From Eledone cirrhosa (lineage: Eukaryota): DNA of 64,000 nucleotides. The notes under the pieces were generated by a model. It had not been told where the DNA came from. It searched no databases and was given only the letters and a program-made list of their open reading frames with translations. How positions within the stretch are numbered: position 1 is the stretch's first letter; each line of letters begins with the position of its first letter. Positions 24,404-39,300 of this stretch are shown piece by piece. The translations under genes were made by a program, and so were the position numbers. Location of the stretch: NCBI GenBank assembly GCA_964016885.1, contig OZ024757.1, positions 26,536,001 to 26,600,000 of the forward strand. The letters run 5' to 3'.

Positions 24404-27400
24404 TATATATATATGTGTGTGTGTAAGTGTTTGACAATCTTTCCGTACATCACAGAAAGATCATGCATGCATATACATATGTATATATATGAGTCTTCGG
24501 CATTCTCTGAGGTGTACGGAGAGATTGCTCGAATACTCTCACATATGTTTCTAGCATAGAAACTAATGAAGTCATTACTTTTAACATTTAACGACCCAGT
24601 TACATTGCCTTAGCTTATCAATAAATAAAAAAATAACACAATTTTCTACATTTTACACAATGCTTCAAGCAGACTACAACACAGTTTATCTTTATATTTT
24701 AAGATATAATTTTTATTCACACTTGTATAAATCTCTGGGAGGGCTCTGTAGAAACAGTAGACAGCTTCTGCTACCTAGGTGACCGAATTAGCAGCGGAGG
24801 TGGGTGTTCAGAAAGTACAATAACTAGGGTAAGAACGGGATGGAAGAAGTTTAGGGAACTACTACCACTGCTAGCTGCAAAAGGCTTCTCCCTCAGAATG
24901 AAAGGCAGACTGTATGATGCGTGTATCCGAACAGCGATGTTGCATGGTAGTGAGACCTGGGCGCTGAAGGTGGAAGACTTACGTAGATTAGAGAGAAACG
25001 AAGCCTGCATGCTCCGATGGATGTGTAACAGTAATATACGTGAACGACAAAGCATAAATGAATTGAGAGAGAGACTGAGCATAAGAGGAATCAAATTCTG
25101 TGTACAGGAGAGGTGGTTGCGCTGGTATGGACATGTGATGCGTATGAAGGATGACAGCTGCATAAAAAGGTGCAGAGCACTAGAAGTTGATGGAAACCGC
25201 GGAGTGGGGAGACCCAAGATGACCTGGGATGAGGTGATAAAAGCCGACCTTACCCAATTACACCTCTCAAAGGCAATGACACACGACCGTGACTTCTGGC
25301 GTCACACAGTAATACAGAGTACTCGACCTCCCATGGGTACAAACTGAAGCATATAGACAATATGCCCCCACTCCCCCCACTGCAAGGTGGTCGTGGAGGT
25401 GCCACGGCAAAAAAGCACCCAGCCCACACTGTAAAGTGGACGTGTAGGTGCCACGAAAAAGCACCCAGCACTCACTGTAAATGAGGTTGGTGTTAGGAAG
25501 GGCATCCAGCTGTAGAAATCAAGCCAAATCAGTTCCTGTATGAGCAAGGCATGGTCAGCCGACCAGACACTGCCCACAACAGGACAACCCGTCTAACCCA
25601 TGCTAGCGTGGAAGAACGGACGTAAAACGGTGATGATGATAATGATAAAAATATAATAATGTTAACAGAACGAAAATACAAACTCAAATAAACACATAAA
25701 AGAGCGATTAAAAATAAAACATAAAAAAGGAGGGGGGCAATTCACCTCCAAGTGCAACAATCGGCCACACATCCCATCATAAGGGTTAACTAAATACTTT
25801 GAGGCAAGCCAATATGCTCGCAGTATTGCCACAGGTGATGAGAGACTAAGGCGCTGAAACAACCAGGCACCCTCACAAGCATCGCCTGAGACCTCAGTAA
25901 GGCAAGGTGATGGTGAGGCTAAGGTGCTGAAACAACCAGGTACCCTCACAAGCATCATATGACACCTCAGTAAGGTGAGGTGAGGTGATGGAGAGGTTAA
26001 GGTGCTGAAGCAACCAGGCACCATCGCAGGCATCATGTGACACCTCAGTAAGGTGAGCCTTAGAAATATATAAGTAATTATAGCCTTGTAATAAAACACG
26101 CCTACAAGAATAAATATTTTTCAATGAGCAGTTTTGTATGATAAAGCCAAGATGGTTTGGTATGAAAAAGGTTCATAGTTGTACATGTGGATCTTTGAAG
26201 CTGGAGGCTTCACTGGATGTAAAAAGGTTAATAGTTATACATGTGTATCTTTGTAGCTGGAGGCTTCACTGGATGTAAAAAGGTTAATAGTTATACATGT
26301 GTATCTTTGTAGCTGGAGGCTTCACTGGATGTAAAAAGGTTAATAGTTATACATGTGTATCTTTGTAGCCCTCCAACAGTAGTCAAGCAGCACAACTCCT
26401 CAGTGAATCTGGAACGTCAACACAAGGTTTCATTGGTTTCGGCTCCACAACAACAGATATAGGCTATGTTCCAGTCGTGGAGCTGGACCACTCTACTGAT
26501 ATAACTCTTGATGCCGATTTGCGCTTGGTCCTCAGGAAGCTCTCAAAGAAAGATAGCATCACCAAAATCAAGGTAGGGCCTCTGGCTTTTTTTTTTTTCT
26601 TCTTTTTTTTAATATCTTTTATTTGTTTCTTTAGTTTCTCTCCATGAAGTGGCATGGCTTAATGGTGAGGGTGTTTGACTCATGATCGTAAGGTCAAGGG
26701 TTCAAATCCCATTGATATGTTTTGTCCTTGAGCAAGACAATTTACTTCACATTGCTCCAGTCGAATCATACATACATAAGCACATACCTACACATCCATG
26801 CATATACACATACACACTCATACATACCTGTTATTCGAAGGGCCAGTGTTATTTTTTTATTATTATTTATTGTTATTAGGGCGGTGAAAATCGGTAGCGA
26901 GTCAGACGCCATGCTTTACAGCATAGAGTTACGGCCCTTTATGATCTGAGTTCAAACCCCACCGAGGTTAACTTTGCCTTTCATCCTTACGGGGTCGATA
27001 AAATAAAGTACCAGTAATGCACTGAGGTTGATTTAATAGACTTTCCCCTCCCCCAAAATTGCTGGCCTTGTGCGTATATAAGAAACCATTATCATTATTA
27101 TTCCTTCTTTCCTTTCAGGCATTACAGGAGTTCAATACATTGATCAAAGACAAGGAATGCAAAGACGCTAAAGCAGTTCTTCCATATTGGCCCAGAATCT
27201 ACTCCAAAATATCAATGGTATATCTTTTGTTATTGTAGTTCTCTGTCTTGTTTCTTGTGGGGTGGGATAGGGAGAGGTCAGATGGTTGTCTGTGTGATGG
27301 TAGGACTGGGTGACTGAGTGGTGGTTATGTTATGTTCCAGACACCAACTTAATAATGAGAAAGTTAGTTATATTACGAAATGTTTTCAGATTCTTCATTA

Positions 27401-28437
27401 TTTGAAAATCACATGCTATGTCTTTCATTAGAAGTTAAGTTGATCTAGCTAACATGATAGAGAATTTATATTGGATAGTTCATTTTTTAAACCTTTTGAT
27501 ACCAAACTGCCTGAAATCAGCCTCGATTTATGATACAAAGCTGCTCATTTAAAAATGTTTATCCTTATATTAAAACCTTCCATCATAATTTTATTTTGGA
27601 AATTTTTGTTACTAACAAAAAACTTAGTTATTTTATTGAATTCCTCCAAATTTTGAGTCATTTTCAAAATTAACTGAAACACATGGGCAGTGTATTTCAT
27701 TAGAAATATGGTAATGAAAGAATTAACCCTTTAGCATTTAAACCGGCCATATCTGGCCAGAATTCTCTTACCTCTTTCTGTTCAAACCGGCCATAACTGG
27801 CCACTTATACCAACGTTAAGGTATTGTTTTCAAAATAAATAACATCAAAATCTCATAGATCGATATTATGTGAGATAAAGCCAATAGTAAATATAGAGTA
27901 TTGTAAATGCTAAAGGATTAATCTGTCTCCTTTACCCATGTTCCAATTGTTTGTTCTTTTTAGGATGACAACCACAGGGTACGTGAAGCTGCTCAGCAAT
28001 CAATGGCAGTCTTGGCTAATTCCTTACATCGAGAGCTGGCTCCACACCTCAAGAAGCTAATGGCAAACTGGCTACTTGGCATGTGTGATCCCTATCCAAC
28101 TGTTGCAACTGCTGCACAACAGGCCTTCAACTGTGCATTTCCTGCTGCAAAACAGGCTCAAGCATTGAGCTTCTGTCAAGAAGCCATATTGGATGTAAGT
28201 ATTTTGAGTCCCATTCTGTGACATGTGTCTGGACAAGTGTCTTCTACTGAAGTTTCAGCTTGACTGGTGAATTTCTTTCAACACACTGACGCGTATGTGT
28301 GTGTGTGTGTGTGTGTATGTGCGTATGCATACATTTATATGCATGAATATATAAATATAAGCGCGCAAACACAGACACACTTAACAAAAATACTGTACAT
28401 TATTGAAGGCTATATAAACTGTCATACACCTCACGTG

Positions 28438-28477
<40 letters not shown>

Positions 28478-28591
28478 CATCATCATCATCATCATCATCA
28501 TCAACGTTTAACGTCCGCGTTCCACGCTTGCATGGGTCTGGACGGGGGTAGTCCCACTTGAGGCAAGAGTGATTGTCTTGCTCGCATAGGA

Positions 28592-28652
<61 letters not shown>

Positions 28653-28727
28653 TCTCTCACACTGTATAAACACTTATATACAGCACATTAATGAAGGCTA
28701 TATACATTGTCATACACTACACATGTG

Positions 28728-28774
<47 letters not shown>

Positions 28775-31700
28775 TCTAACACTTATATACAGCAGATTAA
28801 TGTAGGTTATATATACTGTCATGCACTACACATGTATATATATATATATATATACTCTAACACTATATAAACACTCATATACTGTACATTAAGTCATACA
28901 CCACATGTTATATATAAGGGGTCTGACGAGCCGTGGATTACAGAGTCGGGCTAGATCAATACAGATCGAACCTTGAGCTGATCAATGGCGAAACACGCGT
29001 CACCAACCAATAAACGTAATGAAAGTGTAACCACTTGTCCCTACTTTATATATATATATACACACACACATTAACACATTAAAATAGACTATAAACACTC
29101 ATACACTACACACATATATACATACACTGTATACATACAAAAGACCTTAAGATGAAATGTTAACCTATGTTCGTTTTTCTTTTTGTTTCCAGTTCACTAT
29201 TGATAATTTACTCAATCAAAGACCGGAAACACTTGGAGATCCCAAGTAAGTGTCATTGTTCTACTTTGGTATTAGGGAGGACATCCAGCCATTGAAAGCA
29301 AGTAATAAAGTACCGAGCATATGAATGAGCAAGGCATGGTCACCAGTCTAGCCTCAGTACATGACAGCCTGGTTAACCCATGCAACTATGGGTGAGACAT
29401 GTTGTTAAATAGTACTATATCTATTGGCAGTATCGGTAGAGGGTCGGATGCCATGCTTTGACGCATAGAGCTACGGCCCTTGCCATTCTGAGTTCAAATC
29501 CCGCCGAGGTTAACTTTGCCTTTCATCCTTACGGGGTCGATAAAATAAAGTACCAGTAATGTACTGGGTAATTGCTGGCCTTGTGCCAATAGTAGAAACA
29601 ATTATATCTATGTTCTCCATTAACATGGGTTGGACGGGTTGCCATGTTCTGAGATAAGGCAGGTCAGATGGGAATGCATTTGACATCTGACCCAGGTCTG
29701 TTACCATCATTGTGTGGGTTACATTTCATATCTGGCCTGGCCATGTTACCAGCTTTCGTGTTAAGTCGGGTGGAACTATATATTTCACATATATAGAGGT
29801 GATAATGATGATAACATATACCATTCTTCTCTTCCAGAGTATTGTCCCCAACTGAATTAACAAGCAAGTACCACAGGATTGTGGCAGCATCACTATTATC
29901 CATCTGCAAACTTCTCAAAGCTTTTACTGATAACTCTCAGAATATATCAAAGGAGAAAATTTCTAAGCTTTTGGAATCAGCGAAATTCTGGAAGTTACCA
30001 AAATCACCAGTCAACTCGGTAAGGAACAGTTTGGTGTTTTACGAACTATCTTCAGAGAAACTAGGACAGCAGTGACTTACAGAGTTAGCATCTGGTTTAA
30101 ATACTGATGCCATTTATCAGCATGAAAGAAAGATGTGTTCCCTACTCCCATCCACACCCCTGTTCTTTGTCCAACCCTTGCCATCATTGAAATCCATTCA
30201 CACCTCACCATACACCACCAGGAGCAACTCATTCCTCTTCTTCTAGGCCACCGCCATAACCTGGTGCTTCATCTCTCACACTAGTATGAAGCATCACCAG
30301 CCACCCACCTCGCTGATCAATGGCTCCCCCGTGCTGGTCCCAAAATATAAACAGTTTCTGTCCACCCTATTTTACATACAAGGCAGAGGTCAACCCAGGG
30401 TTATGGTAAATGACATTTGCCCGAGATATCGGAAGTGGGGGTCAAACCTGGAACCTAATGATTATGAACCAAACTTCTTAGCCATTCAGCCATGCAGTGT
30501 CCACTATAAAAGAACCCCTTTGGTCACAAATGACCATAGGATTTACATCAAGGAAGTTCCCCTCCAAGGCACAAGTCTGCGCAGGGTTGTTTGTAGAAGA
30601 CCAGTAGTCACCCATGTAAACCAGTCTACCCTCTCCACATCACCGGTGTTGTCCAAGGGAAAAGCAATGGCCAATACAGCTTGGCACCAATGATGTCACA
30701 ACTCATTTCTACAGCTGAGTGAACTGGAGCAACGTGAAATAAAGAGTCTTGCTCAATCTAGGTCTGTTTAGGCGTTTCCACACCGCATAGTTTGTATCTG
30801 TGGCCGAGGGCAGTGCCTCACTCGCCTTTTTCTCCATTGTTGTTACTGATGGGAGGTTGTTAAGTTTTTCTACCCAGCGATTCACTACTTATGCTTGATG
30901 TTCCAAGGGGCATGATGCTCTTTAGGAAACTTTTCCCGGATTTAAGGCAGCTTTTGGCTGGCACATGGCCGAAGAGAGGATATTTTTTATCTGTAGTCTC
31001 TTGTTTACGCTCTTTCTTGCTTGCTGCATTTCATCATATCTCTGATGGGGCTATGCCTACCAGAATATACAGACGGTCCATAGAGAAATACATACAATTA
31101 TATAATATGCTGTTTCTCAAAGAATTAAGATCCATTTTCAATATGTTTTGTTTTTCATCTTTCAGATACGCAGTTCATCTTATTTATTTATGGCCACCCT
31201 CTGCCAAGTTTTACCTGACCTTGCTACTGATAACATGAAGAAACTTAGTCCTTCTATTCTGTTAAACCTTGACGAGAATGACGTCATAGTCAGTGGATCT
31301 GTGTGGGAAGCTGTTCTCTCCGTCATCAATATATCTTCGGTACGTGCCTACTTTTTCTTATCATACGTCATCTATCCTTTAATTCTTTTCCATTCCAGAT
31401 TTCTAATGAAAGACTTTGTCAATGATTTTCAAATAATTTTTAAAATAATCAAGAATTTGGGGGGAATTTACTAGCATAACTAACTTTTTCATTATTAAGT
31501 TGGTGTTTGGAACATAACTTAACACTTCAGCTTTTACATTACTCTATATTTAGTGTCATATTATCACACATAATATTGAATCTATGAGATCATCATCATC
31601 TCATCATCATCTTCGTTTAACGTCCATCTTCCACACCAGCATGGGTTAGACGGGAGTTGTCCCACTTGAGGCAAAGTTGGTCGGGTGTCCCACCATTCCA

Positions 31701-34700
31701 GATGCCTTCAACATCTCAGCAACTATCTCTGAAGGCCCAGCTGCCTTGCCTGTCTTCATATCTTTGATTGCCTTACTTATTATACTAATTTTAACTTGCA
31801 CCGCTGGTCCTTCTATTGGATCGATTTGGGGCAGACTATCTTTTTCCCATTTATTCTCCTCATTTAATAGTCTCTCATAGTGACACTTCCAGGCTATCTT
31901 CTCCCCGACAATATCACGGTTTTCCTTGACACATTGTCTAGCAATCCTGAACACCTCACATTTTTGGTCCTCACGTTGTAGAACATGCTTGAACTTTCTA
32001 TCCTTTGCTTCCCTTTTTGCATGGTACACTTGTCTCCTAGCTTCTCTCCTGGCCACTTGATAGTGCTCTCTACTTCCCCCATCCTGCCATACTTTCCAAG
32101 CCTGAGATGTTGATATTATTTATTTTGAGAACAATTCCTTAACATCAGTATGCGTGGCTGGTTACAGCTGGTTTGAACAGAAAGAAGTGAAAGAATTCTG
32201 GCCGGATATGGCCAGTTAAAACAATGTTTTACAGCTGGCTGTCCTTACTGACACCAACCATTTTAGTCTCTTCATACGACAAGCTGGGATGTGGTGTACC
32301 TATTCTAAAAACAAATACTAGTATCTATATATAACCAATTCTATTTTCCAGGAATGTTGGCAGTATGTCAGTGTAGAGAAAGCTGTTTGGCCTAAGTTCA
32401 GAACGCTATTGATTGAAGGTTGCTATGGCAATGCTGCAGTCATCAGCCCTAGTATACTACCATTACTCAGCAAATTTCCAAAGGCCTTTAAAGGACCACC
32501 TCTCCAGTTCTATGAACAGTTTTTCTCCTGCTTCAAAACTGGGTTAGTATCCATTACTTGTCTCTCTGTATGTAATTTAGTGTATTTGTATGTGTGTATG
32601 TATTGAAGGTGGATGGCTTAGTGTTTAGAGTGTTGGGCTTGCAATTGTGAGGTTGTAAGTTTGATTATTGGACCAGGTGATGCATTGTGTCCTTGAGCAA
32701 GCCACTTTATTTCACATTGCTCCAGTTTACTTAGCTGTAGAAATGAGTTGTGACGTCACTGGTGCCAAGCTGTATCAACCATTGCCTTTCCGTTGGACAA
32801 CATCAGTGGCTGGTATGCATGGATGACTGTTGCTCTTCCATAAAACAACCTTGCCTTATATATATATCCCCAGAGGGTAATGGGGGCACAGTCCTCAAAT
32901 ATGCCTTCCACCAGGTCCTATCAAAGGCAGCTGGCTCCATCTCCAATCTTTGTCTGTAAATATATTTCAGATCCAATAATTCTGTAAACAATTAGACATC
33001 ATCATCATCACCATATCTAGCCAGAATATATATATATATCATCATTTAACGTCCACTTTCCCTGCTAGCAAGGGTTGGACAGGTCTTCACAGACTGAGCC
33101 AGTACTGAAGCTGGGCTACTGACCTCCCAGACAGACCAATGGACTGCATTTTGGTTATATACGATCCCACATTTTACCGACTCCATTTTATCATGGCATC
33201 CGCACTTGAGAGGTTGTCATGTCTGTGACACAACTGAAAGGTCTTCTCAAAACTTTGTTTAGCAAGCTTTCGAAGGCTGGATGCCATTCCTGTCACCAAC
33301 CACTTTACAGCGTGTACTGGGTGTGTTTATCATGTAGATCACCAACACTAGGGAGGTTGTCATGTCCTGGACACAACTGAATGATAATGTCCTAGAATAA
33401 TCATACATATCTGTCATTATTGTCATTTCATTATTATCCACTCCGGTGGATTGGCAGTATCGGTAGAGGGTCTGACGCCATGCTTTGCAGCAAAGAGTTA
33501 CGGCCCTTTATGGTCTGAGTTCAAATCCCGCCGAGGTTAATTTTGCCTTTCATGCTTTACGGGGTCAATAAAATAAAGTACCAGTAATACACTGGGATAA
33601 TTGCTGGCCTTGTGCCAAATGTAGAAACAATTATTATCCACTCCATTGTATTCTTATCTTCCAGCATATGCAAAGACAGTGTCCAGATGAGTGCAAGTGA
33701 ATGTTCTGCCTTGGTCACTGCCTTCATGGAATGTGTCCACTACATGGTGAAGGTGGACCTCAGAAATGACGATGATTTGAACACCTGCCATCATGTATTC
33801 ATGGACCAGGTAGGCTTATATATTTTGTCAATATAGTTTTGTGTGCTGATCGTTTTGAGTTTGTTTGTTTTTTGTATTGGATTGATCTGGAAGTAGGGAT
33901 CAGTCTCCCTTGACGTTTATCAGGACATGCAATGCCTTTTATTGTATGTCTGCTCCATCAAGGTTGACTTCTTTCTAAATATCATTATCACTTTTGGCAC
34001 CAAACTGCCCCTGGTTCTATGATACATAACTGTTTATAATATGGAAAGAGTTAGAAGGTTAAACAATGCAAAATGGAGTGTAAGACGAGGTAACAAAAAA
34101 GTAAGTTACCTGGTAATCTTTGTTTTTTGTTGTTGCTGTTCTTTCTTCTGTCCTAATATTTCAGGACCTAAAATTCCCTTCTTTAGAGTTTAAGGAACCT
34201 TTAGAGAATAATGTTCTGGTTTCTTGACTTTGGGATTAAATTTTGATCGTAAAAATGTTTATATTTAATCTAAAACTTTTCATCTTAATCTTATATACGA
34301 ACCTTTGTTAAATTATGTTCCAAATGCCAGCATGATAATGGGAGAGTCATATTATTAGTAAATCTCTCTAAATTCTTGGTTGTTTTCAAAATGGTTTGAA
34401 AACTATAGGCAGTGTCTCTTATTAGAAACAAAAGGGATCGTTTGTTGACAGACCCTGGCCTGTAGGAGCAATAGATTGAGTGTGAGAATGTAAGCAGGAT
34501 GCAGGCATTTGGCCCACCTGGAGGTCAGTGACTTTGCTCCAGTACTGTCCAGTCCATGACGACACATCTAATCCCTGCTAGCAGGGAAAACAGACATTAA
34601 ACTATGATGATGAATTTTTAATTATTTATTTGTGTCTCTGTTGCAGCTCGAACCCTTGGTGTTGGCATCTCTTGTTGAAAAGAGGGGGACCCTTTCGAAA

Positions 34701-36265
34701 TCCACACTTTACAACCAGCTTGGTGCTTTGCTCGATTCTCTAACTGATCTCACTCCCTCAGATGTGGAAGGCAGCTCTGCCGACAACACTAACAACAACA
34801 ACATCGCACACCAATGCTGGGGCATCGTCACAGAGATCACACTGAAGTGTATTGATTCACTGACAGAAGAAGAGAAAAGTCCTTCATCTAGTTACATACC
34901 AGAGAGGCTTGCTCAGCTTGCTGAACTTTTGCTCTACCCAAAGAAATCTACTACCTCGATTGATAAAGCACCGTCTGTAAAGTTCTCGAGTCCGCACGCC
35001 TTTGACCTCCTCTCAGTTGATGACCATTCCACTCCAGTTTCTTCTAGAAGTATTGCGCAACTAACCCGTTTCCAACAACAGTATATATCAAGATTAATCC
35101 AAAAAACATTTTCACTGGTCAGCGACAACCTGCTGGAGTGGCGCGTTAACCTTTTCGTCAAGTACCTGCGACTCTATCCATCGGAAAACGTCATTGAACA
35201 GCTCGTCTCTGAGAAAGACGTCAGTTGGAAGGATGGGAATATTTTTAGGAGTTTCGCCACAGATATGTTGCTTAACTGGCTGCACAAATTGCACCATTCT
35301 GAAATGCAGCAGCAGCAACAACAGCAAACTGATGTCTATGTGTTCAGTGCAATTTTCATGTTGTTGCCGTTGTTTAATGATACAAACCATATTGTTGACT
35401 TCTTGGACCACCTGTGTCATGTAAGTTATTTTACACACGTGTATCTGTCTGTATAATAATAATAATGAAATTATTGTGTACAGTGCTCAGGTGCACTACA
35501 ACTCGTCAAAGGTGCTTGTATAGTACATAGAATAATATACAAATGTATGTGTCTGTCTATATGTATGTATCTGTCGGTATGTGTGTGTCTGTCTGTCTGT
35601 CTGTATGTGTGTATCTGTCTATGTATGTGTGTATCTGTCTGTATGTATGTGTGTGTGTGTGTGTGTGTATGTGTGTGTCTGTCTGTATGTGTATGTCTGT
35701 CTATCTGTCTGTCTGTATGTATCTGTCTGTCTGTATGTATGTGTCTGTATCTATGTGTGTGTCTGTCTGTATGTATGTGTCTGTCTGTCTGTATGTATCT
35801 GTCTGTATGTGTGTGTCTGTCTGTATGTATGTGTGTGTGTGTATGTCTGTCTGTATGTGTGTGCTTGTGAATGTCTGTCTGTATGTATCTGTATGTGTGT
35901 GTCTGTCTGTCTGTATGTATGTGTGTGTGTCTATGTATCTGTATGTCTGTATGTATGTGTCTGTCTGTATGTGTGTCTGTCTGTCTGTGTGTATGTGTGT
36001 GTGTCTATGTATGTATCTGTCTGTCTGTATGTGTGTGCTTGTGAATGTCTGTCTATGTGTATATGTGTCTGTGTCATGTAAGTTGTCTCACTTCTTTCGG
36101 AAAGTTCTTTCATACGTGTGTGTGTGTGTGTGTGTGTCTATCTGTAGATGTGTGCTTGTACCTCTCTATGTGTGTGTCTGTTAGTATGTGTATGTGTGTC
36201 TCTGTCATGTCAGTTAACTCACCTCTTCCAGAAAGTTCTTTCAGGTAGGTATGTGCCTGTGTTTG

Positions 36266-36304
<39 letters not shown>

Positions 36305-36307
36305 TTG

Positions 36308-36343
<36 letters not shown>

Positions 36344-39300
36344 AATGTATGCATATATGTGTGTGTATTATTGAGTCTGTATTATTGTTGTGTTACTATG
36401 GTTGTTGTTACATTTCTATTGCTCTTATGCCACCATTGTTGTTGTTATGGTACTATAGTTGTAATGTTCCTATCACTGTTGTTACCATACTATAGTTGTA
36501 ATGTTCCTATCACTGTTGTTACCATACTATAGTTGTAATGTTCCTATCACTGTTGTTACCATACTCTAGTTGTAATGTTCCTATCACTGTTGTTACCATA
36601 CTATAGTTGTAATGTTCCTATCACTGTTGTTACCATACTCTAGTTGTAATGTTCCTATCACTGTTGTTACCATACTCTAGTTGTAATGTTCCTATCACTG
36701 TTGTTACCATACTCTAGTTGTAATGTTCCTATCACTGTTGTTACCATACTCTAGTTGTAATGTTCCTATCACTGTTGTTACCATACTCTAGTTGTAATAT
36801 TCCTATCACTGTTGTTACCATACTCTAGTTGTAATGTTCCTATCACTGTTGTTACCATACTCTAGTTGTAATGTTCCTATCACTGTTGTTACCATACTCT
36901 AGTTGTAATGTTCCTATCACTGTTGTTACCATACTCTAGTTGTAATGTTCCTATCACTGTTGTTACCATACTCTAGTTGTAATGTTCCTATCACTGTTGT
37001 TACCATACTCTAGTTGTAATGTTCCTATCACTGTTGTTACCATACTCTAGTTGTAATGTTCCTATCACTGTTGTTACCATACTCTAGTTGTAATGTTCCT
37101 ATCACTGTTGTTACCATACTCTAGTTGTAATGTTCCTATCACTGTTGTTACCATACTCTAGTTGTAATGTTCCTATCACTGTTGTTACCATACTCTAGTT
37201 GTAATGTTCCTATCACTGTTGTTACCATACTCTAGTTGTAATGTTCCTATCACTGTTGTTACCATACTCTAGTTGTAATGTTCCTATCACTGTTGTTACC
37301 ATACTCTAGTTGTAATGTTCCTATCACTGTTGTTACCATACTCTAGTTGTAATGTTCCTATCACTGTTGTTACCATACTATAGTTGTAATGTTCCTATCA
37401 CTGTTGTTACCATACTCTAGTTGTAATGTTCCTATCACTGTTGTTACCATACTCTAGTTGTAATGTTCCTATCACTGTTGTTACCATACTCTAGTTGTAA
37501 TGTTCCTATCACTGTTGTTACCATACTATAGTTGTAATGTTCCTATCACTGTTGTTACCATACTCTAGTTGTAATGTTCCTATCACTGTTGTTACCATAA
37601 TCTAGTTGTAATGTTCCTATCACTGTTGTTACCATACTCTAGTTGTAATGTTCCTATCACTGTTGTTACCATAATCTAGTTGTAATGTTCCTATCACTGC
37701 TATAGTTGTTGTTATATCCAATATGTTGTCCCATAACCTTCTACAGAACCTGGAAGGTGACAGACATCTACTGAAGGTGTTTCTACTGGAGTTGTTATCT
37801 TCACGTTGGAAAGTCAGCGCTGTGTCTAAATGGTTGGAAACTTCAACACTTGGAGAACTACTTGTGTCCATCACAGAAGATGTGTGTGTTCAGGCCCTCG
37901 TACCACCAACATCTGAGGTTGACCTTTCTATTGTTGAAGACAATTGGTCAGTCCTTACTGTGGCTTTGTCATCAAGTTCCCATTCAGGTTTGTTTAACAT
38001 TTTTGGGGGATATTTTTGTAAGGTTTGGGGATTTGTGGGGTTCTTTTCAGTATTTTATTGTATATTCTATTGCTCTTTCAGTAGTTTCAGTCATTTGACT
38101 GTGGCCATGCTGCCATGTGGCCTTGAAGGAATTCAGTCTTTAATATCGACTCCAGTACTTTGTATTATTTTTATTTAAGTCTGGTACTTATTTTATTGTC
38201 CTCTTTTTGTTGAACTGCTAAGTTATGGGACATAAACGCAGAGACACAAATATATACAGACACACACATGGTGTTGATGGTGTGAACAGACATTCTGATA
38301 AAAAGATATTCCAGTTTTAGCAAAAATAGAAAAAAGAAAAATAAAGAAAAAATGAAATTCTCAAATAAAAGGGAAAAACATATAATTTGTTTGTTTGTTT
38401 ATCTTTATCAGAACCACTTCTTCAAATGAAATATATTGAGAAGATATTTTCTGTCATCCATTCTACACTGAAGAAGCTGAAGCTGTCCAAAGACAACCAC
38501 AAGACTGATCTCTCTATACAGTTTGTTGCCAAAGTGTTGGCGAGTTTCTTCCAAGGACTGGAGGTAAGTTCAAGATTGGTGGTGAGTGAAGGCACGTGGC
38601 TGAGTGGGTAGAGAGTTGGATTCGCAATTGTGAGGTTGTGAGTTCAATTCTCAAACTGGGTGATGAGTTGTGTCCTTGAGCAAGACACTTTATTTCACGT
38701 TGCTCCTTCTGCTAGGAGTTGCAACTGGTAGATAGTATCAGCAATGGAAAGACCAATGGAAACATTGTTTCTTTGGTCCGATTTGACGAGGTCCACCCCA
38801 CTCAACAAGAAAATGAGATCTGGGATCTTGTCAAATAATCAGAGAGAGAGAGAGCAAGGCCATTAAGGCCAACTGGGCAGTCACCTAGGGTGCTGACCTC
38901 AAAGAAGCCCATTACTTAAAAAGAGGTAAATGCAAGGCAAGCACAACCATTAAGACTAACTAATCAGCCACATTACCACCACCACTACAACTACTACTAT
39001 TACCACCACCAACACTACTACAACTACTACTATTACCACCACCACTACTACTACTATTACCACCACTACAACTACTACTATTACTACTACTACCACCACT
39101 ACTACTACTACTATTACCACTACAACTACTACTACTATTACCACCACTACAACTACTACTATTACTACTACCACTACTACAACTACTACTATTACCACCA
39201 TTACTACGACTATTACTACTACCACTACTACCACTACTACAACTACTACTATTACCACCACTACAATTACTACTATTACCACCACTACCACCACTACTAC

